This document shows positions 13,649-25,300 of a stretch of 64,000 nt of DNA, piece after piece. A model generated the notes under the pieces. The model was not told the origin of the DNA. It was given only the letters and a program-made list of their open reading frames with translations, and did not search any database. The translations under genes were made by a program, and so were the position numbers. This stretch comes from Stegostoma tigrinum (taxonomy: Eukaryota), in NCBI RefSeq assembly GCF_030684315.1, contig NC_081385.1:6250341-6314340 (forward strand), in the 5' to 3' direction. The number at the start of each line of letters is the position of its first letter. Position 1 is the stretch's first letter.

Positions 13649-13840
13649 ACATAATGAGGTGTAGAGCCGGATGAACACAGCAGGCCAAGCAGCAGCATAG
13701 CAGCAGGAAAGCTGACATTTCGGGCCTAGACCGAAACGTCAGCGTTCCTGCTCCTCTGATGCTGCTTGGCCTGCTGTGTTCATCCGGCTCTACACCTTGT
13801 TATCACAGATTCTCCAGCATCTGCAGTTCCTACTATCTCT
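13649..13840. mobile_element. Short fold-back PLE-terminus insertion
   Basis: Palindrome centred on ~13728. Degenerate 15-bp TSD: GTGACACAATTGCAG (13634-13648) and GTGGCACAAGTGCAG (13841-13855). Confidence 0.85.
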
Positions 13841-14289
13841 GTGGCACAAGTGCAGGCTCTTCCATTTTTTCATTTAATTTCCTGAATATTTAGCAGCCCC
13901 ACCAATAGATTTAGTGATTGCTCTCTCTTTGTGGAAAGTTCCATCCATGAGCTGTGTGTGTCAGAATATGGGGAATGCTCTGCTTGTTTTTGCATCCATG
14001 AACTTAATTCACGAGGTTATTGTGAACAGGAGGCCACATAGACCGGTTTTAAATAATTACCCACTCACATTGTACTATCTTGCAACATTAAACTTTACAT
14101 AAAACACATATGATGTAAACCCTTTCAGTTAATTCCCAGAGGATTGAATTTCAAATGATCAAACTCATTCCCATTCACAGTCAATACATAAAATTCCAAC
14201 AGACAAAATCCCTTCACATTCAATTCCAAGTATCCACCCCAATCCACTCTCTCACCGTTCCCAATTTATGGAAGTACATCGCCTCAGTT

Positions 14290-15440
14290 CTTAGACCGTA
14301 AGACATTGGAGCAGATATAGGCCATTCAGCCCATCAAGATATCTCTACATTCAATGAGATCATGGCTGACCTGATAATCCTCAACTCTGCTTTCCTGCAT
14401 TTTCCCTTAACCCTTAATTCCTGTACTGACTTAAAATTGATCTATCTCAGCCTTACATGTATTTAACAGCACAACCTGTACAACCACAGATTAACCATTC
14501 GCTCAAATCCTTCTATCCTTCTATCTCACTCTTAAATAGATGATCCCTTGCTCTGGCATTATGCCCTTTGTTCCTAGATTCACCCACATTTTAAACAACC
14601 TGTCTGCATCTTACCCATCTGGTTCACTAATGCACTTTCGGGAAGGAAACTGCCATCCTTACCTGGCCTGGCCTACATGTGACTCCAGACCCACAGCAAA
14701 GTGGCTGACACTGAACTGCAATTAGGGATGGTCAATAAATGCTGCCTGGCCAGCAAACACCCTCATCCTGTGAACGGATAAAGAAAAAATTTCTGCGCTG
14801 TGGTTCTTTGTTGGAAAAGTAATTCAGAAAGATATAATGGATATTTTTAAAGTCAGTCTTTCTTTTCCAACCCTCCCCTTTTATAGAATCAAGTGCAGCG
14901 GGAGATAAAATATGCTTTGAGGTCAATGCATGGATGAGCATTTCAACAGTGGCGTTATTCTTTGCAGAGGTCCAAGGCTACAGCAAATTGTACGACAATA
15001 CCGAGGATTCCCATGATGGTAAATGTTGTTAACAAAACAGGGAAATGGGAATTCCACATAGGGAAGTGGATTTTGGCCAACATTTTACTTGATTCCCTCA
15101 CACTGGGCAGCGAGTTGAACTTTGCATTGTTCTTGAAACCCGAGACCAGGTGACATGGAGGAGCAAGAGTAAGTCATTTTAACTCCTCACATCTGCTCTG
15201 TCTTTGTAGTCCATGGCCATAAAAAAAACCCTACCAAGCCCCTTTATATTTCAATAAAGTCTCACTTCATTTTTCTAAACTCCAATGAGGACAAGCCCAA
15301 CCAACCCAATCTCTCCTCAGAAGAAAATCTCTCCATACCCAGGATCAGCCAAGTGAACCTTATCTGGACTACCTCCAATGCCAGTATATCTTTCCTTAAA
15401 TAAGGGGCCCAAAACTGTTACAGTATTCCAACTGTGTTCT
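14290..15440 (-). mobile_element. CR1 3' fragment interrupted by the SC5D-exon duplicate
   Basis: 14290-14618 and ~15229-15440 are consecutive parts of the same CR1 when compared with 47361-47945. Confidence 0.7.
14619..15217 (+). pseudogene. Inverted duplicate of SC5D exon 3 with intronic flanks (pseudo-exon at 14887-15018)
   Basis: Reverse-complement match to ~36583-37140. The exon copy is 132 bp versus 133 bp (1-bp deletion in TCAATG[C]CATGG) and carries several substitutions. Confidence 0.93.
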
Positions 15441-15447
15441 GACTTAC

Positions 15448-15664
15448 CTTTGCACAGCACTGTTAGATCAGTTCTGCTTCTGTAGATGCTGCTGGACGAC
15501 CTCGGGATCCGCATATCACAAGTGAAGGAACCTCTGTCGCTGCATTCCACTTCAGATATGAGAATGGAGCCATTCCTTTGTCCAATATCACCCATCCACT
15601 GCAGTCTCGGGGAGAATACACTGTCCTGCACAATCACACTGAGGTTTTGGTAGTGAAAGAAAAT
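15448..15664 (-). CDS. JAML: JAML-like gene, Ig V-domain second half
   Basis: cag|IFFHYQNLSVIVQDSVFSPRLQWMGDIGQRNGSILISEVECSDRGSFTCDMRIPRSSSSIYRSRTDLTVLCK+G|gtaagt. Contains the DxGx[F/Y]xC motif and resembles the JAML V domain (NLSV...MGDI...GS...C). 217 bp. Confidence 0.88.
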
Positions 15665-15707
15665 CTGTGTCGGAATCAACAAAGAAATTAACTAAAGATT
15701 AAGCATA

Positions 15708-15960
15708 GCGTTAGATAGAGCAAAACACCCTCTACAAATGCTCCCTGCCAGGGACAGTACAGGGTTAGATACAGAGTAAAGCTGCCTCTACACTGTTCCC
15801 ATCAAACACTCTCAGGTACAGTAAGGGGTTTGTTCAGTGTAAAGCTTTCTCTACACTGTCCTAATCAGACTCTCCCAGTACAGGGATGGCACGAGGTAAG
15901 ATACAGAGTAAAGCTCCTTCTGCACTGTCCTCATCAAATACTCCCAGACCTGGCACGTCA
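15708..15960. repeat. Degenerate ~60-66-bp tandem repeat (about 4 copies)
   Basis: Recurrent GATACAGAGTAAAGCT..CTCTACACTGTCC..ATCAAACACTCCCAG. Confidence 0.75.
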
Positions 15961-16549
15961 CTCGCTGGATCTACAATTAAATTAATTGATCTCATTGAAA
16001 CTAAATTGAAACTGAACTCTGAAGAAGTGCAGATTAGTGACAAGTTCCAACATCAGTCACTTCACAATTGCCCCTCAGCTGAGGAACAGCACAGTTCATT
16101 GTACAGTCCTTGGCTAACTGTTTTCTGGTGCAATGTGAAAACGTCTCTAACAAACATATTCTATATGCTAACCAAGCAACTCTCTCTTGTTGACCGTTAT
16201 TAATTATCATAGCCTTTGAGATTTGGTAATCTTGTGATTCTATCCTGATTTTAGTACAAGAGAAGAAATTTTGATAAAATGCAATACACAGTCCATTATC
16301 TTAATGATGTCAGAGATGGTTTCTACGAAAGTGGAATGATGTCTGCAAAATGGGCTGAGAAATCCAACCTCACCTGCAGAAACCTGCTTCAATGACGGGA
16401 TAAAATAAGTTAGGCCAAACAAGTTCACTGACTAAAGTGTGTCAATGATGGTGGGCTGAGGCAACATGAACTGACAGAGAAGACTGTTATGGGTGGTATC
16501 ACTGCATAGTCTCTGATTGATGGTGGTGGTTTTATTACTCTTAGGATTA

Positions 16550-16860
16550 TAGAATCCCTACACTCTGCTCATCAAGTTCACACTGCCCTCCCCCCAAAGA
16601 CCACCTCACCCCAACCCACCCCTGTAACCCCCATAGCTAATCCACTTAACATGTACAGTATAGGACAATTTAGCATGGCCAATCCACCTAATCTGCACAT
16701 CTTTGGAATGTGGGAGGAAATCAGCGCACCTGGAGCAAACTCACACAGACCCGGGGAGAATGGGCAAACTCCAGACAGAGACAGTCACCCAACAGAGGGA
16801 TTGAACCCGGGCCCTTGGCACTGTGAAGCAGCAGTGCCAGCCACTGAGCTACCATACCAC
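16550..16860 (-). mobile_element. V-SINE (HE1-like)
   Basis: Reverse complement of the 12483 family. Confidence 0.8.
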
Positions 16861-16902
16861 CCACTTCTCTGGTCTTGCCTAGTCATCCAGCACATTACAA
16901 TC

Positions 16903-17046
16903 GAGGAACAGTTCTGAGGAAGGGTCACCGGACCTGAAACGTTAACTCTGTTTTTTCCTTCACAGATGCTGCCAGACCTGCTGAGCTTTTCCAGCAACTT
17001 CTGTTTTTGTTCCTGATTTACAGCATCTGCAGTTCCTTTGGTTTTA
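16903..17046 (+). mobile_element. Terminus of a third PLE-like family (related, decayed and often palindromic copies near 24780, 41280, 45215, 51660, 55530, 56100, 56575, 60480-60930)
   Basis: Hammerhead-like core CTGAGGA-agggtc-accg-gacct-GAAAC-GTT. Flanking repeat ATTACAATC at 16894-16902 and 17047-17055. Confidence 0.65.
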
Positions 17047-17640
17047 ATTACAATCAGAAGTTGGTCAGCTCAGTTGGCTGGTTGGCTGGTTTGTGATGCA
17101 GAATGATACCAATAGCATGGGTTTGCTTCCTGTATTGGCTGGGGTTACCATGAAGGACTCTCCTCCACAATCTCTTCCCCTTGAGATCCTCACATCACAC
17201 CACCACCAGCTGTGTGTCTCTCTAATGAAAGAGTGGGGCTACAGTGGCTTTACTTGTACTGTTAATTCAGTTATAGCTGCGCACAGTAAATCTGAAAGAG
17301 TGGAAATACTCTGTCTGTAACTTACTGAAACTATTGTGAACTCTGTGCTGCTGAAATGCTGCCATGTGACAGGGAATGAACATCGGTATAGTCTTTTTGA
17401 GAGGGAACATAATTAGAGCAGGCACCCAATGATTTATGCTCATTTAGAATGTGCTTTGGTGCACAGTTTCTGCAGATACTGTGTAAAATTTACCAGGGGT
17501 TGCTGAAAGCTCCGGATGACAACATCGCTGCCGTAAATGGTAACAGCTGTTGCCATATTTGATTGAAAAACAAGTTATAAATCATGTTGGTAAAATGCAG
17601 CCACTGAGAGCGACAGAGAGCTCTGGAACACATCACTCAC

Positions 17641-17810
17641 CAAGACCTCCTCGGTATCACTGTCAGGGCTGTACAACCATTCCAGTTTGATGTTGTGCTG
17701 TTGAACGTCAGCTTGGTATTCGAGTTTGCAGTCCAAACGTAACTCCATTCCCTCCTTGACAACCAAGGATTTCGGGGTAGAGATACCAATCGCTAACGTG
17801 GAGCAGATAC
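17641..17810 (-). CDS. JAML: JAML-like gene, Ig V-domain first half
   Basis: cag|..ICSTLAIGISTPKSLVVKEGMELRLDCKLEYQADVQQHNIKLEWLYSPDSDTEEVL|gtgagt. Has the B-strand Cys and C-strand Trp. 170 bp, phase 1->0. Confidence 0.85.
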
Positions 17811-19878
17811 CTGAAGGACAGAAACCAACACCCAATACCCGTTGATGGGTAGAAGCCTCAGTACCTGGGCTGACAGGCAGTGGATTGATTCCCACTGTTG
17901 GTGACGTTGCATTTGCTATTCTTTAGGCTGTACATAAACTACACAGACACCTTTGAGTCATAGAGTCATACAGCACAGAAACAGACCTTTTGGTCCAACT
18001 CATCCATCCTCACCAGACATCCTAATCTGAGCTGGTCCTTTTTGCCAGCATTTGGCCTGTATTCATGTAACCATTCAGGTACCTTCTAAATGTTACAATT
18101 GTACCCGCCTCCACACTTGCCCTGGCAGCTCGTTCCACACATGCACCAATCTCTGCGCGAAAATGTTACACTTCAGGTCCTTTTTAAATCTTTCCCCTCT
18201 TACCTTAAACCTATTGGAGTGGATCCTAGACCATAAATCTCTCCTGAGTGTCTGTTATTCTATGTATAAACCATGAAAACTCTACAATTAGATTCAAGGC
18301 TGTAAATCTCTTGGGTACAAACCCCTGAACCCTGTGATTAGATTCCAGACTATCACTCTCTGTTGCATATCTGTCATTCAATGTATAGACCACACAACCA
18401 TCTTGATTAAATTCTAGCCTGCAACGTGCTCCCAGGTATCTACTGTCCCCAGTGTCAACTGTCTAGACCCTGCAAATACATTCCAGCCTGTATGACACAA
18501 ATTCTAGTATCTGTTTCTGAGCGCAAACCGTAACAGTTATTAGCTACAAATATATTCATTAGCATTAATTACAGCCGAGGAGGTGATAACTATGAGGCTC
18601 AGTAACCGTACACTTGCACAATATATGACAAAGAGCAGTGGTCACAAATCTGCTCCCTGGAAATGTGACTGCAGACATCCATTGGTCTGTAAATCAACCA
18701 CTAATCATGTCTTTAACTTTTCTAACAAGTCTATGGTCTTGCCCTTTATCAAACGGCATTTCCAATGCCACCCCTCTCATCAATCCTTCGACTTACGTTG
18801 TCAAAGAATTCAGTCAAACTCACGACTTACCTTGGCTGGTGTTTATTTATTATTTTAGTAAATGAAAGCCAACTGGTGTTGTCCCTGTCAGCAATATTAA
18901 TTTTAAAAAGACCCTGCAGACCTTCCTGCACAGAGTAAGAGAAGTTTGCATAAAAGAACCCAAGTTGCTAAACCTGAGCCAAAGCCACAAAGCTACCTGA
19001 ATTGCATTACTGTATGAGATATGGAAACCTTGTCAAGGCAGAGCCCATCTTTAGTACCACAGGCCAAAATAATCATGCTTAATTTAGGGTTAATTTGCTT
19101 CAAGGTATTAAAACTATTGTGAATTGAAGTCAGCTGGCTGCAAAAAGAGAAACTGCGGGTTTGCATATGATTGCCAGGCAACGTGGTGAACCTGCAGGCC
19201 GGGTTTCCTCTTTCCATCAAAATTAACACTCTCCTGTGCAGCAAAGCAACTGCGTCAGACATTTCAATGATGCTCTTTTGGTGTGAGTCTCAGCAAAGAG
19301 ACAGCTGGGATCATACCTATCAGTATCTGTACAGAACCTGGACAGATTGTACAAAGGATACGATTTGTGGAACTCAGCAAAAATCTTAGACACTTTGCAT
19401 TCAAGCCATGCTATCTTTGTCTCATTAGAGTTTAGGAGAGAAAGCTGTCCTATGAGAAGTGGAGTGGGTTTGTAGTCCTGCAGTTTAAAAGGAGGTGATG
19501 CCATTGAAATGTAAATTTAGATGGGACTTTCCTGCCTAAAAGTAACAGGAAAGGTAGTGGATGGGTGATTACTGCAATGAGTTGATGCCAAGAAGCTACC
19601 TACCCCTACCCCCCAAATGTTTTTGGGGTAGTTTCATGGGCAACCTTTCTGACCCTGAATAATTGAGGCCTTTAAGAGGTTAATTAATGGCATCTTTAAG
19701 GGCCTCAAACTGCCCAATCAACTTTGTCTCGAGAGAAAAATGGCAATCTTCTCACTTGTTACAATGAGGTAGATCACCAGCTGCAGTTGGGGGTGGGGGG
19801 TTGAGGGGTGGAGAGGTGGTGGGAGGGGGTCGTGGGATTGTGAGGGGGGGAACAGGAAATCAAGACATAAATGAGGGT

Positions 19879-22800
19879 AATAAAATGTGAGGCTGGACGA
19901 ACACAGCAGGCCAAGCAGCATCTCAGGAGCACAAAAGCTGACGTTTCGGGCCTAGACCCTTCATCAGAGAGGGGGATGGGGGGAGGGAACTGGAATAAAT
20001 AGGGAGAGAGGGGGAGGCGGACCGAAGATGGAGAGTAAAGAAGATAGGTGGAGAGAGTGTAGGTGGGGAGGTAGGGAGGGGATAGGTCAGTCCAGGGAAG
20101 ACGAACAGGTCAAGGAGGTGGGATGAGGTTAGTAGGTAGATGGGGGTGCGGCTTGGGGTGGGAGGAAGGGATGGGTGAGAGGAAGAACCGGTTAGGGAGG
20201 CAGAGACAGGTTGGACTGGTTTTGGGATGCAATGGGTTGGGGGGAAGAGCTGGGCTGGTTGTGTGGTGCAGTGGGGGGAGGGGACGAACTGGGCTGGTTG
20301 AGGGATGCAGTCGGGGAAGGGGAGATTTTGAAGCTGGTGAAGTCCACATTGATACCATATGGCTGCAGGGTTCCCAGGCGGAATATGAGTTGCTGTTCCT
20401 GCAACCTTCGGGTGGCATCATTGTGGCAGTGCAGGAGGCCCATGATGGACATGTCATCAAGAGAATGGGAGGGGGAGTGGAAATGGTTTGCGACTGGGAG
20501 GTGCAGTTGTTTTTTGCGAACTGAGCGGAGGTGTTCTGCAAAGCGGTCCCCAAGCCTCCGCTTGGTTTCCCCAATGTAGAGGAAGCCGCACCGGGTACAG
20601 TGGATGCAGTATACCACATTGGCAGATGTGCAGGTGAACCTCTGCTTGATGTGGAATGTCATCTTGGGGCCTGGGATGGGGGTGAGGGAGGAGGTGTGGG
20701 GACAAGTGTAGCATTTCCTGCGGTTGCAGGGGAAGGTGCCGGGTGTGGTGGGGTTGGAGGGCAGTGTGGAGCGAACAAGGGAGTCACGGAGAGAGTGGTC
20801 TCTCCGGAAAGCAGACAGGGGAGGGGATGGAAAAATGTCTTGGGTGGTGGGGTCGGATTGTAAATGGCGGAAGTGTCGGAGGATAATGCGTTGTATCCGG
20901 AGGTTGGTAGGGTGGTGTGTGAGAACGAGGGGGATCCTCTTGGGGCGGTTGTGGCGGGGGCGGGGTGTGAGGGATGTGTCGCGGGAAATGCGGGAGACGC
21001 GGTCAAGGGCGTTCTCGATTACCGTGGGGGGAAAGTTGCGGTCCTTAAAGAACTTGGACATCTGGGATGTGCGGGAGTGGAATGTCTTGTCGTGGGAGCA
21101 GATGCGGCGGAGGCGGAGGAATTGGGAATAGGGGATGGAATTTTTGCAGGAGGGTGGGTGGGAGGAGGTGTATTCTAGGTAGCTGTGGGAGTCGGTGGGC
21201 TTGAAATGGACATCAGTTACAAGCTGGTTGCCTGAGATGGAGACTGAGAGGTCCAGGAAGGTGAGGGATGTGCTGGAGATGGCCCAGGTGAACTGAAGGT
21301 TGGGGTGGAAGGTGTTGGTGAAGTGGATGAACTGTTCGAGCTCCTCTGGGGAGCAAGAGGCGGCGCCGATACAGTCATCAATGTACCGGAGGAAGAGGTG
21401 GGGTCCTCTTCCTCCGGTACATTGATGACTGTATCGGCGCCGCCTCTTGCTCCCCAGAGGAGCTCGAACAGTTCATCCACTTCACCAACACCTTCCACCC
21501 CAACCTTCAGTTCACCTGGGCCATCTCTAGCACATCCCTCACCTTCCTGGACCTCTCAGTCTCCATCTCAGGCAACCAGCTTGTAACTGATGTCCATTTC
21601 AAGCCCACCGACTCCCACAGCTACCTAGAATACACCTCCTCCCACCCACCCTCCTGCAAAAATTCCATCCCCTATTCCCAATTCCTCCGCCTCCGCCGCA
21701 TCTGCTCCCACGACAAGACATTCCACTCCCGCACATCCCAGATGTCCAAGTTCTTTAAGGACCGCAACTTTCCCCCCACGGTAATCGAGAACGCCCTTGA
21801 CCGCGTCTCCCGCATTTCCCGCGACACATCCCTCACACCCCGCCCCCGCCACAACCGCCCCAAGAGGATCCCCCTCGTTCTCACACACCACCCTACCAAC
21901 CTCCGGATACAACGCATTATCCTCCGACACTTCCGCCATTTACAATCCGACCCCACCACCCAAGACATTTTTCCATCCCCTCCCCTGTCTGCTTTCCGGA
22001 GAGACCACTCTCTCCGTGACTCCCTTGTTCGCTCCACACTGCCCTCCAACCCCACCACACCCGGCACCTTCCCCTGCAACCGCAGGAAATGCTACACTTG
22101 TCCCCACACCTCCTCCCTCACCCCCATCCCAGGCCCCAAGATGACATTCCACATCAAGCAGAGGTTCACCTGCACATCTGCCAATGTGGTATACTGCATC
22201 CACTGTACCCGGTGCGGCTTCCTCTACATTGGGGAAACCAAGCGGAGGCTTGGGGACCGCTTTGCAGAACACCTCCGCTCAGTTCGCAAAAAACAACTGC
22301 ACCTCCCAGTCGCAAACCATTTCCACTCCCCCTCCCATTCTCTTGATGACATGTCCATCATGGGCCTCCTGCACTGCCACAATGATGCCACCCGAAGGTT
22401 GCAGGAACAGCAACTCATATTCCGCCTGGGAACCCTGCAGCCATATGGTATCAATGTGGACTTCACCAGCTTCAAAATCTCCCCTTCCCCGACTGCATCC
22501 CTCAACCAGCCCAGTTCGTCTCCTCCCCCCACTGCACCACACAACCAGCCCAGCTCTTCCCCCCAACCCATTGCATCCCAAAACCAGTCCAACCTGTCTC
22601 TGCCTCCCTAACCGGTTCTTCCTCTCACCCATCCCTTCCTCCCACCCCAAGCCGCACCCCCCGCTACCTACTAACCTCATCCCACCTCCTTGACCTGTCC
22701 CTCTTCCCTGGACTGACCTATCCCCTCCCTACCTCCCCACCTACACTCTCTCCACCTATCTTCTTTACTCTCCATCTTCGGTCCGCCTCCCCCTCTCTCC

Positions 22801-22969
22801 CTATTTATTCCAGTTCCCTCCCCCCATCCCCCTCTCTGATGAAGGGTCTAGGCCCGAAACGTCAGCTTTTGTGCTCCTGAGATGCTGCTTGGCCTGCTGT
22901 GTTCGTCCAGCCTCACATTTTATTATCTTGGAATCTCCAGCATCTGCAGTTCCCATCATCTCTGATACT
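19879..22969. mobile_element. Fold-back Penelope-like (Neptune-type) retroelement: two inverted, 5'-truncated copies
   Basis: Arms 19878-21398 and 21405-22925, loop TGGGGT. Each arm encodes LFLRYIDD (RT), a Cys-rich linker and a GIY-YIG endonuclease (VVYCIHC...LYIGET). 14-bp TSD ACATAAATGAGGGT at 19865-19878 and 22970-22983. Confidence 0.95.
22834..22865 (+). ncRNA. Minimal hammerhead ribozyme motif in the PLE 3' end (mirror copy at 19938-19969 on the minus strand)
   Basis: ct-CTGATGA-a-GGG-tctagg-CCC-GAAAC-GTC-ag: hammerhead core, stem II and GUC cleavage triplet. PLE termini are known to carry minimal hammerheads. Confidence 0.7.
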
Positions 22970-24258
22970 ACATAAATGAGGGTGAAAGGGTTACAACTCA
23001 AAGCCATCAATGGTCCCCATTGTGCTGCTGCTTGGCCAGACAGGCGGAGACTTCATTGGGCAAAACATCACTGGAGATGGTGGAGTTAGGGGGGGATGGG
23101 TATCTCTCGATCCTAGAGGTACTCGCTCTCACAGTTGATATTAAAAAATGGAAAGTTCTGGCCATAACATTCTTAGAGACAAGGCAGTTGCGATAGGCAG
23201 TTGCTTTGCTGAGAGACTGTTTTCCCATTAGCTGGCGAATCTAGTTGAGGGTAGGGCAAAGGTCTTTTAGCCACTGAGCTGAGGAGAAATGCCTCAAGTT
23301 GAAAGGAATATGGATCCTTGGAATTCTGTATCCCAGAGAGCCGTGGAGGCCATGTTCAGGGTCAGGATGAATAGAGTTTTGGGTACTGAGGCAACCAAGG
23401 AATATGAGGTTAGAGTTAGAAAGTGGAATTGAAATAAAAGATAAAATCTCATTGAATAGAGGAACAAGTTCAATGGGCTGAATGGCCAGTTCCTGCTCCA
23501 ATTTCTTATTGTCTAGTGTATGAAGTGACTCAGTAGAGGTGTTTAAAGTTATGAATGGAAGAAACAGAGTAGGCAGAAACAGAGGGTCTTTTTCTAACAT
23601 AATTTCACTGGTGGAAATTCTAGAGAATGGGAAGGAATGTCCTACTTTGTTTGTTGACTTTAATGAAGAGTAAACTCAGGCATAGTCTAAAATCAGCATT
23701 GATCCCACAGCCTTTAATTTCCTTGTGGTGGGTCCTAATTTCCCCCAGAGTGTTTCCAGTGATTGAGGGGTCTTGAATGAAAAGATATCGATGTGTGATT
23801 AAATGAAAGAGGTTGAGAAAAGAACAGCAGGAAAAGTATGCTCTGTTATTCGAGGCAGTTGTGACAGTGTAAATTTCATTAACAAAAATAACAATTGAAA
23901 CAAAGACTGTGTTTATATTTAAAAATATAAATACTGGAGGATAGGGGCCTAATGTATAGGGGAATAGGACATGGAACAGTGGGTAACAATGTTACCTCGG
24001 TATGGCTACAAGTTGTGGGTTCGAGTCCCACTCATGATTTAAACACAAATGTTGCGGCTGACATTTCAGTGCAGTATAACGGAGTGCCGCAATGTAGGAG
24101 GTGCTGCCTTTTGGATGATTTGTTAAAATGAGGCACCAGTGGACCTGAAAGATTCCAAAGCACTATTTCCAAAGATGAGTAGAGGAGCTCTTCTCGGTGT
24201 CATTGTCAATATTTATCCCTCAACCGATACCAATAAAAAGATTGTTTTCGAATTGGTC

Positions 24259-24491
24259 AGAGATAATAAGAACTGCTGATGCTGGAATCAGAGATAACAC
24301 AGTGTGGAGCTGGAAGAACACAGCAGACCAGGCAGCATCAGAGGAGCAGGAAAGCTGATGTTTCGGGTCGAGACCCTTCTTCAGAAATGAGGAAAAATTC
24401 TGAAAAAGGGTCCCGACCCGAAACATCAGCTTTCCTACTCCTCTGATGCTGCCTGGCCTGCTGTGTTCTTCCAGCTCCACACTGTGTTATC
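24259..24491. mobile_element. Short fold-back PLE-terminus insertion inside a Deu-SINE
   Basis: Inverted arms around ~24390, with the ~35-nt tail on the left. Confidence 0.85.
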
Positions 24492-25245
24492 AAATTGCTG
24501 TTTGTGGGAGATTGCTCTGTGTAAACTGACTTTCAGTGTTTCCAATTTGACAACATCAGCTTTGCTTAAAAATATTTCTTTGGTTGCAGAGCATCTGGAA
24601 TGTTCTCAGGTCATGAAAACTGCTGCAGAAATATAAGTTCTTTTACCTCTGGGCCTCCTTTTGTCAGTACTGACCCTTTAAAACTGGGTCTTCCTGGTTT
24701 TATGAGGTTCCATATCACAGTTAGATATTCCCACTTTCCCATTCATCTCTGTCTTCAAAACCTATCAGTACCCTCAACGAAAACAGAAATTTCCAGAGAA
24801 CTCGATAGGTCTGGCAACATCTGTGGAGAAAGAAACAGTTAATGTTTTAAGTTCAGAACCAGTTAACTGTACTTTCTCTCCGCAGATACCACCAGACCTG
24901 CTGAATTCCTGTTTTTATTTCAGGTTTCCAAAATCCAAGGTGCTTTGTTTTATCTTCATTTCTGCTTGCAGGTATGAAAATGGATCACCGGTTCAGCGCA
25001 ATCTGAGCTGCTGGTCCTACTGTTCAACTCATTGAGCCCATTCTTATAAAGATTCTATGCAGCTAAATGGACCGATGATGACTGTTGGGTGGGGGGTTTG
25101 GTGTTTAGAGGTGGGTGAACCATATATCAAAACCTCCAACGAACCACAGTCAGCAATCCCAACCCCAATTACAGCTGTGAATCAAAACCTTCTGTCTAAT
25201 TCAGGCCATTGTTCCATCAGTGTTTCCAACAAACAAAGCACTTAC

Positions 25246-25300
25246 CACAGAATATGAGAGATGACAGGAGCAAGAGGAGATCCATTTCACTGTTCCTCAT
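25246..25300 (-). CDS. JAML: JAML-like gene, signal-peptide exon
   Basis: tccatag|ATG... MRNSEMDLLLLLSSLIFC+G|gtaagt. 55 bp, phase 1, joins in frame to the exon starting at 17810. An alternative ATG lies at 25285. Confidence 0.7.

Noticed and set aside
13649-13840. Short palindromes read as DNA-transposon MITEs or pre-miRNAs
   Set aside because: The arms match the 3' end of the RT/GIY-YIG element, are asymmetric by ~40 nt and have variable centres.
14887-15018. Second functional SC5D gene
   Set aside because: Only one exon is present, it has a 1-bp deletion, and no other SC5D exons were seen on the plus strand.
20110-22693. Many paired ORFs that look like duplicated genes
   Set aside because: They are mirror and alternative-frame translations of the PLE palindrome. 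Only the RT/GIY-YIG frame is meaningful, and it is 5'-truncated.
19879-22969. Palindrome as an assembly or read fold-back artefact
   Set aside because: The arms differ at several positions, unique flanks resume on both sides, a 14-bp TSD brackets it, and smaller copies show the same architecture. Read-level confirmation is still desirable.
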